From an uncultured Rhodobacter sp. (GTDB taxonomy: Bacteria > Pseudomonadota > Alphaproteobacteria > Rhodobacterales > Rhodobacteraceae), in the NCBI GenBank assembly GCA_964555305.1, contig CAZKSE010000001.1, positions 2,231 to 34,230 on the forward strand: a stretch of 32,000 nt of DNA. Direction: 5' to 3'. A program made the translations under genes and the position numbers. Positions 24,730 through 32,000 of this stretch are shown here, piece by piece; position 1 is the stretch's first letter; every line of letters begins with the position of its first letter. The notes under the pieces were generated by a model. It had not been told where the DNA came from and searched no databases. It worked only from the letters and a program-made list of their open reading frames with translations.

Positions 24730-26715
24730 CTACAGGTCCATGCCGTCATTGGGGTCCATCGCAACCTGACGCGCGATGCCCTGGGCGTGGCGGATCATGC
24801 GGCGATTTCGGATGGCGTCCTCGTCGGCGTCGTCCGGCAGCCCGGCCTCGAACTCGTTTTCGATGGGCATCTTCTTCTCCACCGGCTTCGCGCGGCTGAG
24901 TTCGGGTTGCAGCCGGCGCTCGGATTCGGTTGGATCTTCATCTTCGATCGGATGTTCGGGCGATGCTTCGGAGCGCTCCGGCCGTGCCGGGATCGGGAGC
25001 GCTGTCCAGTCATCGGGTCGGCCTTTATCTGGTTGCTTTAACTCCGGTGGCGGCATCAGGCGCTCGGTGAAACGCCCATCCTCATAGTAGCGCGCCTTTT
25101 TCGCCCGGATCGGCGGGATACCGGCGACCATGACGATCTCGTCGTCGGGGGGAAGCTGCATGATCTCGCCCGGTGTGAGCAATTGGCGGGCGGTTTCCGA
25201 ACGCGACACCATGAGATGCCCAAGCCAGGGCGACAGCCGGTGCCCGGCATAGTTCTTCATCGCCTTCATCTCGGTTGCTGTGCCGAGGGCGTCGGAGACG
25301 CGCTTGGCGGTGCGCTCGTCATTGGTGGCAAAGCTCACCCGGACATGGCAATTGTCGAGGATCGAATTGTTCGGTCCGTAAGCTTTCTCGATCTGGTTCA
25401 GCGACTGCGCGATCAGGAAGCTCTTGAGGCCATAGCCCGCCATGAAGGCCAAGGCTGTCTCGAAGAAATCCAGCCGCCCGAGCGCGGGGAACTCGTCCAG
25501 CATCAACAGCAGCCGATGCCGGTCGGTCTTGGCCTGAAGATCCTCGGTCAGGCGACGGCCGACCTGATTGAGCAGCAATCGCATCAATGGCTTGGTTCGG
25601 TTGATGTCGGATGGCGGCACGACGAGGTAGAGCGTGGTCGGCTGATCACCCCCCACGATGTCGCTGATGCGCCAGTCGCAGCGACGTGTCACCTCGGCGA
25701 CCACCGGGTCACGATAGAGGCCGAGGAACGACATGGCTGTCGACAACACGCCGGAACGTTCATTGTCGGACTTGTTGCGCAGCTCGCGCGCCGCGCTGGC
25801 GACGACAGGATGCGGCCCCGCTTCGCCCAGATGCGGGGTTTTCATCATGGCGCGCAGGGTGGATTCGACAGGGCGCCTGGGATCGGAAAGGAACTTGGCG
25901 ACGCCCGCCAGCGTCTTGTCCGGTTCGGCGTAGAGCACATGCAGGATCGCGCCGACGAGAAGCGCGTGAGAGGTCTTTTCCCAGTGATTGCGCTTGTCGA
26001 GGCTCCCTTCGGGATCGACGAGGATATCGGCAATGTTCTGAACGTCGCGCACCTCCCATTCGCCACGCCGCACCTCGAGCAGCGGATTGTAGGCCGAGGA
26101 GTTCGGGTTGGTCGGATCGAAGAGCAGCACCCGGCCATGGCGGGACCGGAAGCCGGAGGTGAGCTGCCAGTTCTCGCCCTTGATGTCATGGACGATGGCC
26201 GAGCCCGGCCAGGTCAGAAGCGAGGGGACAACAAGGCCGACCCCTTTGCCGGATCGCGTCGGCGCGAAGCACAGCACATGCTCCGGCCCATCGTGGCGAA
26301 GGTACTCCTGCTCGTAGCGGCCGAGCACCACGCCGTCGGGATCGAGCAGGCCCGCGGCCTTGATTTCGGGTTTTTCCGCCCACCGCGCCGAGCCATAGGT
26401 GGCGACGTTCTTCGCCTCGCGCGCCCGCCAGACCGACATGCCGATGGCCACGGCAATAGCAATGAAGCCGCCCGACGCCGCGATGATCCCGCCTGTGGCG
26501 AAGATCGGCGGCGCATAGGCTTCATAGAAATACCACCACCAGAAGATCGCGGGTGGGTAATAGACCGGAATGCCGAGGAGTTCGAACCAGGGCGGCCCGA
26601 GCTGCGCCTGAAACCCGAGGCTCCAGGCGACATATTGTGTCGCCCCCCAGGTGGTGGCGAGGATGATGAGAAAGACGATGGTGATCTGGCCCCAGAGGAT
26701 CTTGGTCGCGGACAT
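24730..26715 (-). CDS. traG: Type IV coupling protein TraG (VirD4 family)
   Basis: 661 aa from the ATG at 26715, with an AAAGGAAC SD. It has two N-terminal TM helices. Walker A-like is FAPTRSGKGVGLVVPSLL and Walker B-like is LLMLDEFPALG. Confidence 0.93.
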   Translation of the reverse strand: MSATKILWGQITIVFLIILATTWGATQYVAWSLGFQAQLGPPWFELLGIPVYYPPAIFWWWYFYEAYAPPIFATGGIIAASGGFIAIAVAIGMSVWRAREAKNVATYGSARWAEKPEIKAAGLLDPDGVVLGRYEQEYLRHDGPEHVLCFAPTRSGKGVGLVVPSLLTWPGSAIVHDIKGENWQLTSGFRSRHGRVLLFDPTNPNSSAYNPLLEVRRGEWEVRDVQNIADILVDPEGSLDKRNHWEKTSHALLVGAILHVLYAEPDKTLAGVAKFLSDPRRPVESTLRAMMKTPHLGEAGPHPVVASAARELRNKSDNERSGVLSTAMSFLGLYRDPVVAEVTRRCDWRISDIVGGDQPTTLYLVVPPSDINRTKPLMRLLLNQVGRRLTEDLQAKTDRHRLLLMLDEFPALGRLDFFETALAFMAGYGLKSFLIAQSLNQIEKAYGPNNSILDNCHVRVSFATNDERTAKRVSDALGTATEMKAMKNYAGHRLSPWLGHLMVSRSETARQLLTPGEIMQLPPDDEIVMVAGIPPIRAKKARYYEDGRFTERLMPPPELKQPDKGRPDDWTALPIPARPERSEASPEHPIEDEDPTESERRLQPELSRAKPVEKKMPIENEFEAGLPDDADEDAIRNRRMIRHAQGIARQVAMDPNDGMDL

Positions 26716-26740
26716 GGGCGGTGTTCCTTTCCGGTTGAGG

Positions 26741-28480
26741 CTAGAGGCCGAGGCCGCGCTTGCGCCCGAAACCCCAATCGACACCGCCATCGTCGCGGGC
26801 GACGCCGGAGACGTGGCGGCCGATCTGTTTCTCGAGTGAGGGCGACCAGGGCACGAGCTGGAAGCCGAGCCCGTCGTCGATCATGGCGAAGCGCCCCGAG
26901 GCGAGCCCGAGGCGCTGGCGATAGGTGCCGGAAACATAGTCGCCGCCGCCGGCGCGGTTGAACGGCAGGCCGGTCTCAGTGGCCAGCTTCTCGCCGAGGG
27001 CATTGACCTCGCGATCGCGCAGTGTGTTGAGCAACCGGCGCGCGAAGACGACGCGCCCACCCTGGCGTTCGGCGAGACCCTCGCCAATGAGATGCTCCGC
27101 GCGCTGATCCAGCGCCTGACGGACCTCGGCGCCGAAGCCGCTGTCTGACAGCGCAATGGACTCGCGGGCGATGGCCTGCCGGTCGAGCCAGGTCGCGCCT
27201 GTGGCGCCCACCTGTGCGCCAAGATCGAGATCGGAGCGGACGGCGAGTGCGACGCGGCGCGCACCCCGTGCGTCCTCATAGGCGCGCAGCTCGACGATCG
27301 AACCCGGCGGGCTGTCTCCGGCGGCATCGAGATGCGGCAGCTTGATGTGATGGGTGCGGCCATCGACACCATCGACGACCGCATAGGCGGTGCCTTTCAG
27401 CTCATCATCGAGGCCGCGCTCCATCAGGCGGCCAATGACGGGCACCTCGAGGCTTTCACTGGCCAGGACATAGCTCGCCGAGCCGCGCTCGATGCCGCGT
27501 TCGGTCAAGGCGCGGTGCATGCGCTTGATAATGTCGCCGCGCTCGCCCAACTCGCGCAGGACCGTTTCCGCCTCGGGCTTGATGAACCATTGGGATTGGC
27601 CGATCTGTCCGGCGAGGCCGAGGATCTCCAGTTTGCGCAGTCGGCCGACTTTCAGCGTATGGAACGCGTCCGGCTGGTGGTCGGCGAGTGGTGCCAGATC
27701 GAGGATGCCGGATTTGCCGGCATCACGAACGAGCTGCCGGTCGAGCTGGGTCCAGCGTTCGGCGTCGATCTGGGCCTCGATGGCGCGGTGGATATCGAGA
27801 TCGGTGCGTGGCCCCAGCTCCAGGGTGACGAGATCGCGCGCCCGGTCGCGCATCCCCTCCTTGATGTAGTCGCGGGAGATCACGAGGTCCTGGCCATCGT
27901 CGCGCGCACCGCGCAGGATCAGATGGACATGGGGATGCGCGGTGTTCCAGTGATCGACCGCGACCCAGTCGAGCCGGGTGCCGAGATCCTTCTCCATCTG
28001 CCCGACCAGATCGCGGGTGAAGGATCGCAGGTCGGACATTTCTGGCGCGTCGTCCGGGGAAACGATAAATCGGAAATGATGCCGGTCGTCACCGCAGCGC
28101 TCGGCGAAGGCTCGGCCATCCACATCCTCCGTTCCCGGTCCGAACAGCCGCGCCTTCTCCCCGTCACGGGTCACGCCCTCGCGGCGCAGATAGTCGAGAT
28201 GGGTTCGAAGCGGTGCGGAGCGCGCGCTGTGGCGGACCACGCGCGCCTTGACGACGGCGCCGCGCGTACGGGAGGTGATGAAGCGATTGGCCTGGATGCT
28301 GGCCCGCTGGCCGCGCCCGAAGCGGGATCGGTTGCCGGAGGCGACGCGGCCGGATCGCGAGACGCCGCCGCCTGCCTTCTTCGCCGCGGCGAGCGCCTGC
28401 GCGATGAAGGGACGGGCAGCCTGCGCGCGGGTCGAACGGATGCGCCCCGGACGGATGCGGAACTCGTGCTCATAGGACAT
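26741..28480 (-). CDS. Relaxase/mobilisation nuclease (VirD2-like, with a long C-terminal DUF3363-type extension)
   Basis: 579 aa from the ATG at 28480. The histidine-triad motif is VAVDHWNTAHPHVHLILRG. Its position upstream of traG fits. Confidence 0.88.
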   Translation of the reverse strand: MSYEHEFRIRPGRIRSTRAQAARPFIAQALAAAKKAGGGVSRSGRVASGNRSRFGRGQRASIQANRFITSRTRGAVVKARVVRHSARSAPLRTHLDYLRREGVTRDGEKARLFGPGTEDVDGRAFAERCGDDRHHFRFIVSPDDAPEMSDLRSFTRDLVGQMEKDLGTRLDWVAVDHWNTAHPHVHLILRGARDDGQDLVISRDYIKEGMRDRARDLVTLELGPRTDLDIHRAIEAQIDAERWTQLDRQLVRDAGKSGILDLAPLADHQPDAFHTLKVGRLRKLEILGLAGQIGQSQWFIKPEAETVLRELGERGDIIKRMHRALTERGIERGSASYVLASESLEVPVIGRLMERGLDDELKGTAYAVVDGVDGRTHHIKLPHLDAAGDSPPGSIVELRAYEDARGARRVALAVRSDLDLGAQVGATGATWLDRQAIARESIALSDSGFGAEVRQALDQRAEHLIGEGLAERQGGRVVFARRLLNTLRDREVNALGEKLATETGLPFNRAGGGDYVSGTYRQRLGLASGRFAMIDDGLGFQLVPWSPSLEKQIGRHVSGVARDDGGVDWGFGRKRGLGL

Positions 28481-28491
28481 GGCGCGGCCTC

Positions 28492-28620
28492 GCACGGTGC
28501 AAAATAGTATGGGAATTCAGAGGGATGGGCGTGGAGCGCACGGTGCGCGTAGGCGCTGCACGGTGCGGAACGCGCCAGAAACATGAACAAAAACAACCGC
28601 CCGCCCGAGCCGCACCGTGC
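28492..28620. promoter_or_regulatory. Four GCACNGTGC boxes: candidate oriT or relaxosome/operator sites upstream of the relaxase gene
   Basis: GCACGGTGC occurs at 28492-28500, 28538-28546 (embedded in GCGCACGGTGCGC) and 28558-28566. The inverted form GCACCGTGC occurs at 28612-28620. An A-rich tract (gaaacatgaacaaaaacaacc) lies between boxes 3 and 4. Confidence 0.5.
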
Positions 28621-28723
28621 GCCCTTTTATCCTGCCATCCTTCGGTCGTGGCGCCCGCCACCACCCTTGGCGCTCTCCATGTCGCGCCAGCGCACGATGC
28701 CATGCGAATTGCGTTGCCGCCGG

Positions 28724-29488
28724 TCATGGCCGGTCCACAGCGGAATTGCGGGCAACGAAGAGGCCTTCCGGCGGCAAGGCCGTGAGCCTGTCCGATGCTG
28801 CCGGGAAGAGCGAAGGGGCCTCGTCAGACGCGCGATCGTGCACCGCTGGATCAGGGGGCAAAGCGCCATCTTCGCGCGCAACGAAGATCGCCGCCTCGCG
28901 CCAGTCGAGCGGCCGGGCGCCAGTGGAAGTGGCGCCTGAGGGTTGCTCCCCAAGCAGAATGGGCGCAAGCGAAGCGACATAGGCGCGCGTCTCGGCGGGC
29001 AGCGGACGATCCGTCGAGCGGTATTCGTCGTAGCGGCCGGGACCGGCATTGTAGGCCGCGAGCATCGCGCCGACATTGCCGTAGCGATCCCACATCTCGC
29101 GCAGGTAAGCCGTGCCTGCGAGGATGTTGTCGCGCGGATCATACGGATCGTGGCCGAGACGGTAGCGGATGTGCAGCTCTGCCCAGGTGTCGGGCATGAC
29201 CTGCATCAGCCCCATTGCGCCCGCCGACGAGATGGCGCTGACAACGCCCCCGCTTTCCGCGCGCATGACGGCGATGATCCACGCCGCTGGGATGCCGAAG
29301 CGTTGCGATGCCTCGGTGATATATGCGTCATGCGGATGCGCGGCGACGGCGCGATCCGACACGGCAATCTGCGCCAGAACCGGCGGTGTTGCGATTGCGG
29401 AGACGAACAGGCCGGAAAGAAGAAAGAGGGCGATGCGGCGGGGTGCGCCGCATCTCCCAGTGGCGGGACGAATGCAGGAGATGATCAT
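28724..29488 (-). CDS. Lytic transglycosylase (SLT domain; VirB1-like)
   Basis: 254 aa from the ATG at 29488, with a CAGGAGTG SD. It has a signal peptide. The catalytic region is AVMRAESGG, with GLMQVMPDTW and AYNAGPGRY. Confidence 0.9.
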   Translation of the reverse strand: MIISCIRPATGRCGAPRRIALFLLSGLFVSAIATPPVLAQIAVSDRAVAAHPHDAYITEASQRFGIPAAWIIAVMRAESGGVVSAISSAGAMGLMQVMPDTWAELHIRYRLGHDPYDPRDNILAGTAYLREMWDRYGNVGAMLAAYNAGPGRYDEYRSTDRPLPAETRAYVASLAPILLGEQPSGATSTGARPLDWREAAIFVAREDGALPPDPAVHDRASDEAPSLFPAASDRLTALPPEGLFVARNSAVDRP

Positions 29489-29490
29489 GA

Positions 29491-29826
29491 TCACTCCTGC
29501 AAGCCGCGCTTCTTCTGGCGGGTCCAGTGCAGGCCCCACTCGCAGCCGGTCTCATTCGACTGGAACAGGCGGGCGCGGATCGGATGCTGAAAGACGGGAT
29601 CATCGAGCAGGACCGAGATGAACGTCCCGGCGCGTTCGCCGGAGTGTTTCCAGCCTGCGCCGACTTCCGGCCCGTCCTCGTCGCCAAGGTGAATGCGATA
29701 GGCGGGCGCGTTCTCTGACTCGGTACTGTCCGTCGGAACGAAGGTCAGCTCGACGTCGAGCGATAGAGTGCGGACCTGCCCGGAATAGCCGGACGGGGTA
29801 CGCGTGAATTGACCGATCTGTGCCAC
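29491..29826 (-). CDS. DUF736-family protein
   Basis: 111 aa with a GTG start and an AAGGAG SD. The sequence MAQIGQFTRTPSGYSGQVRTLSLDVEL...YRIHLGDEDGPEVGAGW is characteristic of this family. Confidence 0.85.
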   Translation of the reverse strand: MAQIGQFTRTPSGYSGQVRTLSLDVELTFVPTDSTESENAPAYRIHLGDEDGPEVGAGWKHSGERAGTFISVLLDDPVFQHPIRARLFQSNETGCEWGLHWTRQKKRGLQE

Positions 29827-29895
29827 TGAAGGCTCCTTTCCTATTGCGGTGGAACAGGGGCGAGGCAGTTCGTACGCCCCGCTGTTGGCGCAGCG

Positions 29896-30441
29896 TCACC
29901 GCATCGACGCGCGCCAAACAAAGAGGCCATCGCCGTCCTCGTCGGTGAAAAGCGGGATGGCCCGGCCGATCACCGCTGATGCGGGGAGCGGGCCGAAGTA
30001 GCGGCCGTCGAGGCTGTCACCGACATCCGGGTTCATCAGGAAAACCTCGCCATCGGCGATGAGGCGGCAGCCCTGCCAGACCGGCAGGTCGCGGCCCCGG
30101 CTGTCGTGGTCGCGGGCCTCTCCAAGCGGAACGGAGTCAATGGCGATTGCACGACCGTCGCGGCATACGCGCTGCCCCGGCAGGCCGATCACCCGCTTGA
30201 GAAGCGGCACGCCGCGTCCGATGTAGCCGCGTTCGACCATGAAGGAAGCGACGGGTTCAGGTGGCATGACAGCAACGAGATCGGACACCTCGATCCGCTC
30301 GGCCGGCGCGATGGTATAGAAGCCGATCGGCACGCTGGCCGATGCGTTCCAGACCAGCCAGGGTGATGTCGGAGTGAGGCTGGCGATGACGATGGCGAAC
30401 GCAGCCACAGCCGTCACCATCACATAGGTTGCGCGGGTCAT
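29896..30441 (-). CDS. traF: S26-family signal peptidase (TraF-like pilin-processing peptidase)
   Basis: 181 aa from the ATG at 30441. Motifs are NASASVPIG (Ser nucleophile region), LKRVIGLPGQ (Lys region) and SLDGRYFG. ATGA overlap with the upstream gene. Confidence 0.85.
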   Translation of the reverse strand: MTRATYVMVTAVAAFAIVIASLTPTSPWLVWNASASVPIGFYTIAPAERIEVSDLVAVMPPEPVASFMVERGYIGRGVPLLKRVIGLPGQRVCRDGRAIAIDSVPLGEARDHDSRGRDLPVWQGCRLIADGEVFLMNPDVGDSLDGRYFGPLPASAVIGRAIPLFTDEDGDGLFVWRASMR

Positions 30442-30923
30442 CTTCCGACCTCCCGGCGCCGGAGCCATGCCCGGTGGCGGGCCTCGGTATAGGGACGCGG
30501 CGCTTCGCCCGCGCGCATCCAGTGGGCGACATGCCGCCAGTGATCGGGATCGACCTCGGCGGGATCGATGCCGAGCGCCTCGACGGTATCGACATGGCGA
30601 AGGACATCCTCGACGTGCCGCCAGCCTTCGATCTTCAGAAGGATTTCGCCTCCCGGACGGACGAAGGGCAGTGTCTGATAGGCATTGCCGGGTGCCACGG
30701 CGCGCACGATGTCGATGCGCGAGATGATGGTGCCGTAGTCGTTCGCGGCCCAGCGGACGAAGGCGAAAATGGCACCGGGACGGAAACAGACGACACGGCG
30801 GTTGCGGTCGAGGAGCTGCGTTTCGGCCTCATGACCGAACCTGATCCAGTATTCGATCCGTTTCTCCACCCACGTCAATTCCACGCGGGTCAGATCATCC
30901 TGGTGTGCGGCGGCGCCGATCAT
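30438..30923 (-). CDS. DUF2840-family protein
   Basis: 161 aa. The sequence is LTRVELTWVEKRIEYWIRFGHE. The position between the RHH gene and the S26 peptidase gene is typical. ATGA overlaps on both sides. Confidence 0.8.
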   Translation of the reverse strand: MIGAAAHQDDLTRVELTWVEKRIEYWIRFGHEAETQLLDRNRRVVCFRPGAIFAFVRWAANDYGTIISRIDIVRAVAPGNAYQTLPFVRPGGEILLKIEGWRHVEDVLRHVDTVEALGIDPAEVDPDHWRHVAHWMRAGEAPRPYTEARHRAWLRRREVGR

Positions 30924-31174
30924 GAGCGATCTCCTGATGGGTCGGGAAACTCGCGCGCGAGCAACTCGCGCAGCATGTCCGCGACAGTGATGCCGCGGCT
31001 GAATGCGGCGACCTTGATGCGGCCGCGCATCGCGGGCGTGACATCGATGGTCAGCCGGGCAGAATTGGCAGCCGTAGCGCTGTCGCGCACCGGCGGCGTG
31101 TCGCCAGCCTTGATCCAGCCGTCGGGATCGACCGGGCGGGCTGCAAAGCCTCGGCGGGTCGCGCGCTCACTCAT
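30920..31174 (-). CDS. Small ribbon-helix-helix-like partition/centromere-binding protein (ParG-like)
   Basis: 84 aa from the ATG at 31174, which forms an ATGA overlap with the parA stop. The C-terminal sequence RLTIDVTPAMRGRIKVAAFSRGITVADMLRELLAREF fits an RHH. Confidence 0.65.
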   Translation of the reverse strand: MSERATRRGFAARPVDPDGWIKAGDTPPVRDSATAANSARLTIDVTPAMRGRIKVAAFSRGITVADMLRELLAREFPDPSGDRS

Positions 31175-31824
31175 GACGCAACGCTCCCGATGCAAAGCCT
31201 GCCGATCTCGGTGGCAAGCGCGGCGATCTCGCGGGCCGCGGGGGAACGTCCGTCCATCTCGCTGGCCAGCCGCCCGGATTGCGCCGCGTCGGCGAAAACG
31301 ACGCGCTGGCCAATGGTGCTGGCGAGCACCGGAGGATCATGGTCGGCCAGCGTTTCGGCCGTTTCGCGGGCGATAATGGTGCGCGCGCCGCAGCGGTTGA
31401 GCACGAAACGTGCGGCGAGCTGAGGCCGATAGATACGGGCTTCCGCTAGGAGGGACAGCATTTCGGCCGAGGCCCAGCCATCGAGTGGTGATGGTTGCAC
31501 CGGGATCAGCGCGAGGTCGGCGGCGAGCAGCGCGGAGCGCATGAGGCTGGCGACACGCGGCGGGCCGTCGATGATGATCGTATCGGCGTCACGGGCGAAT
31601 TCGGGGGCCTCGCGATGCAGCGTGTCGCGCGCCAGGCCGACGACGCCGAACAGGCGTGGAAGACCCTCGTGGGCGCGTTGCTGGGACCAGTCGAGTGCCG
31701 AGCCTTGCGGGTCGGCGTCGATCAGCGTGACGCGCTTTCCCCGGCTCGCCAGTTCACCGGCGAGATGCAGCGCCAGCGTCGTCTTGCCGACGCCGCCTTT
31801 CTGGTTGAGGAGCGCGATGATCAT
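31171..31824 (-). CDS. parA: ParA-family partition ATPase
   Basis: 217 aa with the deviant Walker A NQKGGVGKTT and LIDADPQGS. Confidence 0.93.
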   Translation of the reverse strand: MIIALLNQKGGVGKTTLALHLAGELASRGKRVTLIDADPQGSALDWSQQRAHEGLPRLFGVVGLARDTLHREAPEFARDADTIIIDGPPRVASLMRSALLAADLALIPVQPSPLDGWASAEMLSLLAEARIYRPQLAARFVLNRCGARTIIARETAETLADHDPPVLASTIGQRVVFADAAQSGRLASEMDGRSPAAREIAALATEIGRLCIGSVAS

Positions 31825-32000
31825 CGGCGTCCTCCCGGCAGATTGCTGGAAAGGCGGGGCGTGTCGGGACTGCTAGATGGTGTTTCTTCGTCTTGATCGG
31901 ATGCCGATCGGGACGAGGATGGGGCGACAGATGCCCTCTTCTTCGCCGCCATGCTGAGGCTTCTGGCGGTGTCGCGGATGAGGTTTTCCACATCGCGCGC
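31821..32000 (-). CDS. 3' end of an upstream gene cut by the window (possibly the replication-initiator-like gene of this backbone family)
   Basis: My own translation of the minus strand from nt 32000 gives ARDVENLIRDTARSLSMAAKKRASVAPSSSRSASDQDEETPSSSPDTPRLSSNLPGGRR-stop. It has no internal stop, and its TGA overlaps the parA ATG as ATGA. The function is inferred from gene order only. Confidence 0.5.
   Translation of the reverse strand, partial: ARDVENLIRDTARSLSMAAKKRASVAPSSSRSASDQDEETPSSSPDTPRLSSNLPGGRR

Larger units (their letters stand above)
8440..32000. mobile_element. Conjugative element backbone (ICE or plasmid): partition module, relaxase, T4CP and Trb/P-type T4SS. Truncated on the right by the window.
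   Basis: It holds a complete Trb gene set together with the relaxase, traG, SLT, S26 peptidase and parA genes, in one orientation and with extensive translational coupling. Confidence 0.85.

Noticed and set aside
29857-29880. The hairpin ggggcg-N12-cgcccc between the S26 peptidase and DUF736 genes, considered as a terminator or attenuator
   Set aside because: The stem is short with a 12-nt loop and there is no U-tract. The genes on both sides appear to belong to one operon, so the evidence is too weak to annotate.
1-32000. A scan for CRISPR arrays, rRNA/tRNA genes, IS elements/transposases and integrases
   Set aside because: I saw no regularly spaced direct repeats, no structural-RNA-like sequence, and no DDE-transposase, tyrosine-recombinase or serine-recombinase motifs in any ORF of the track.

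Overview
Most of this window (about 8.4-32 kb, all on the minus strand) is the backbone of a high-GC conjugative element, either an ICE or a plasmid, of the alphaproteobacterial type. Hand-counted 60-nt blocks give about 65-67% GC. The gene order is: partial upstream gene, parA, RHH, DUF2840, S26 peptidase, DUF736, lytic transglycosylase, relaxase, traG, copG, then trbB-C-D, then trbE-J-K(alt)-L-F-G-I and DUF2274. Many gene junctions are ATGA start/stop overlaps. Two insertions break the order I know for this backbone family. (1) A cargo island of about 5.8 kb with lower and patchy GC (18.5-24.3 kb) sits between copG and trbB. It carries a 672-aa fusion of a GHKL ATPase and a RecB-like PD-(D/E)xK nuclease on the + strand. 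Convergent to that gene is a classic-clade AAA+ ATPase (412 aa) translationally coupled to a 451-aa protein of unknown function, preceded by a doubtful small helical ORF. This island is my best candidate for an uncharacterised defence/conflict system. (2) An antisense NIPSNAP-like gene lies between trbD and trbE. TrbB has Asp where the invariant Walker A glycine should be. Four GCACNGTGC boxes upstream of the relaxase gene mark a probable oriT or operator. Left of the T4SS is accessory cargo: a cupin-PfpI-HAD operon, two LysR regulators, a DJ-1-like protein, and a gloA frameshifted in a C6 run. At the left edge is a low-GC pair, a radical-SAM-like gene plus a MetA-like gene whose catalytic His is replaced by Asn, cut by the window. 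I found no rRNA, tRNA, CRISPR array or transposase. All family calls rest on motif recognition by eye; no database search was possible.
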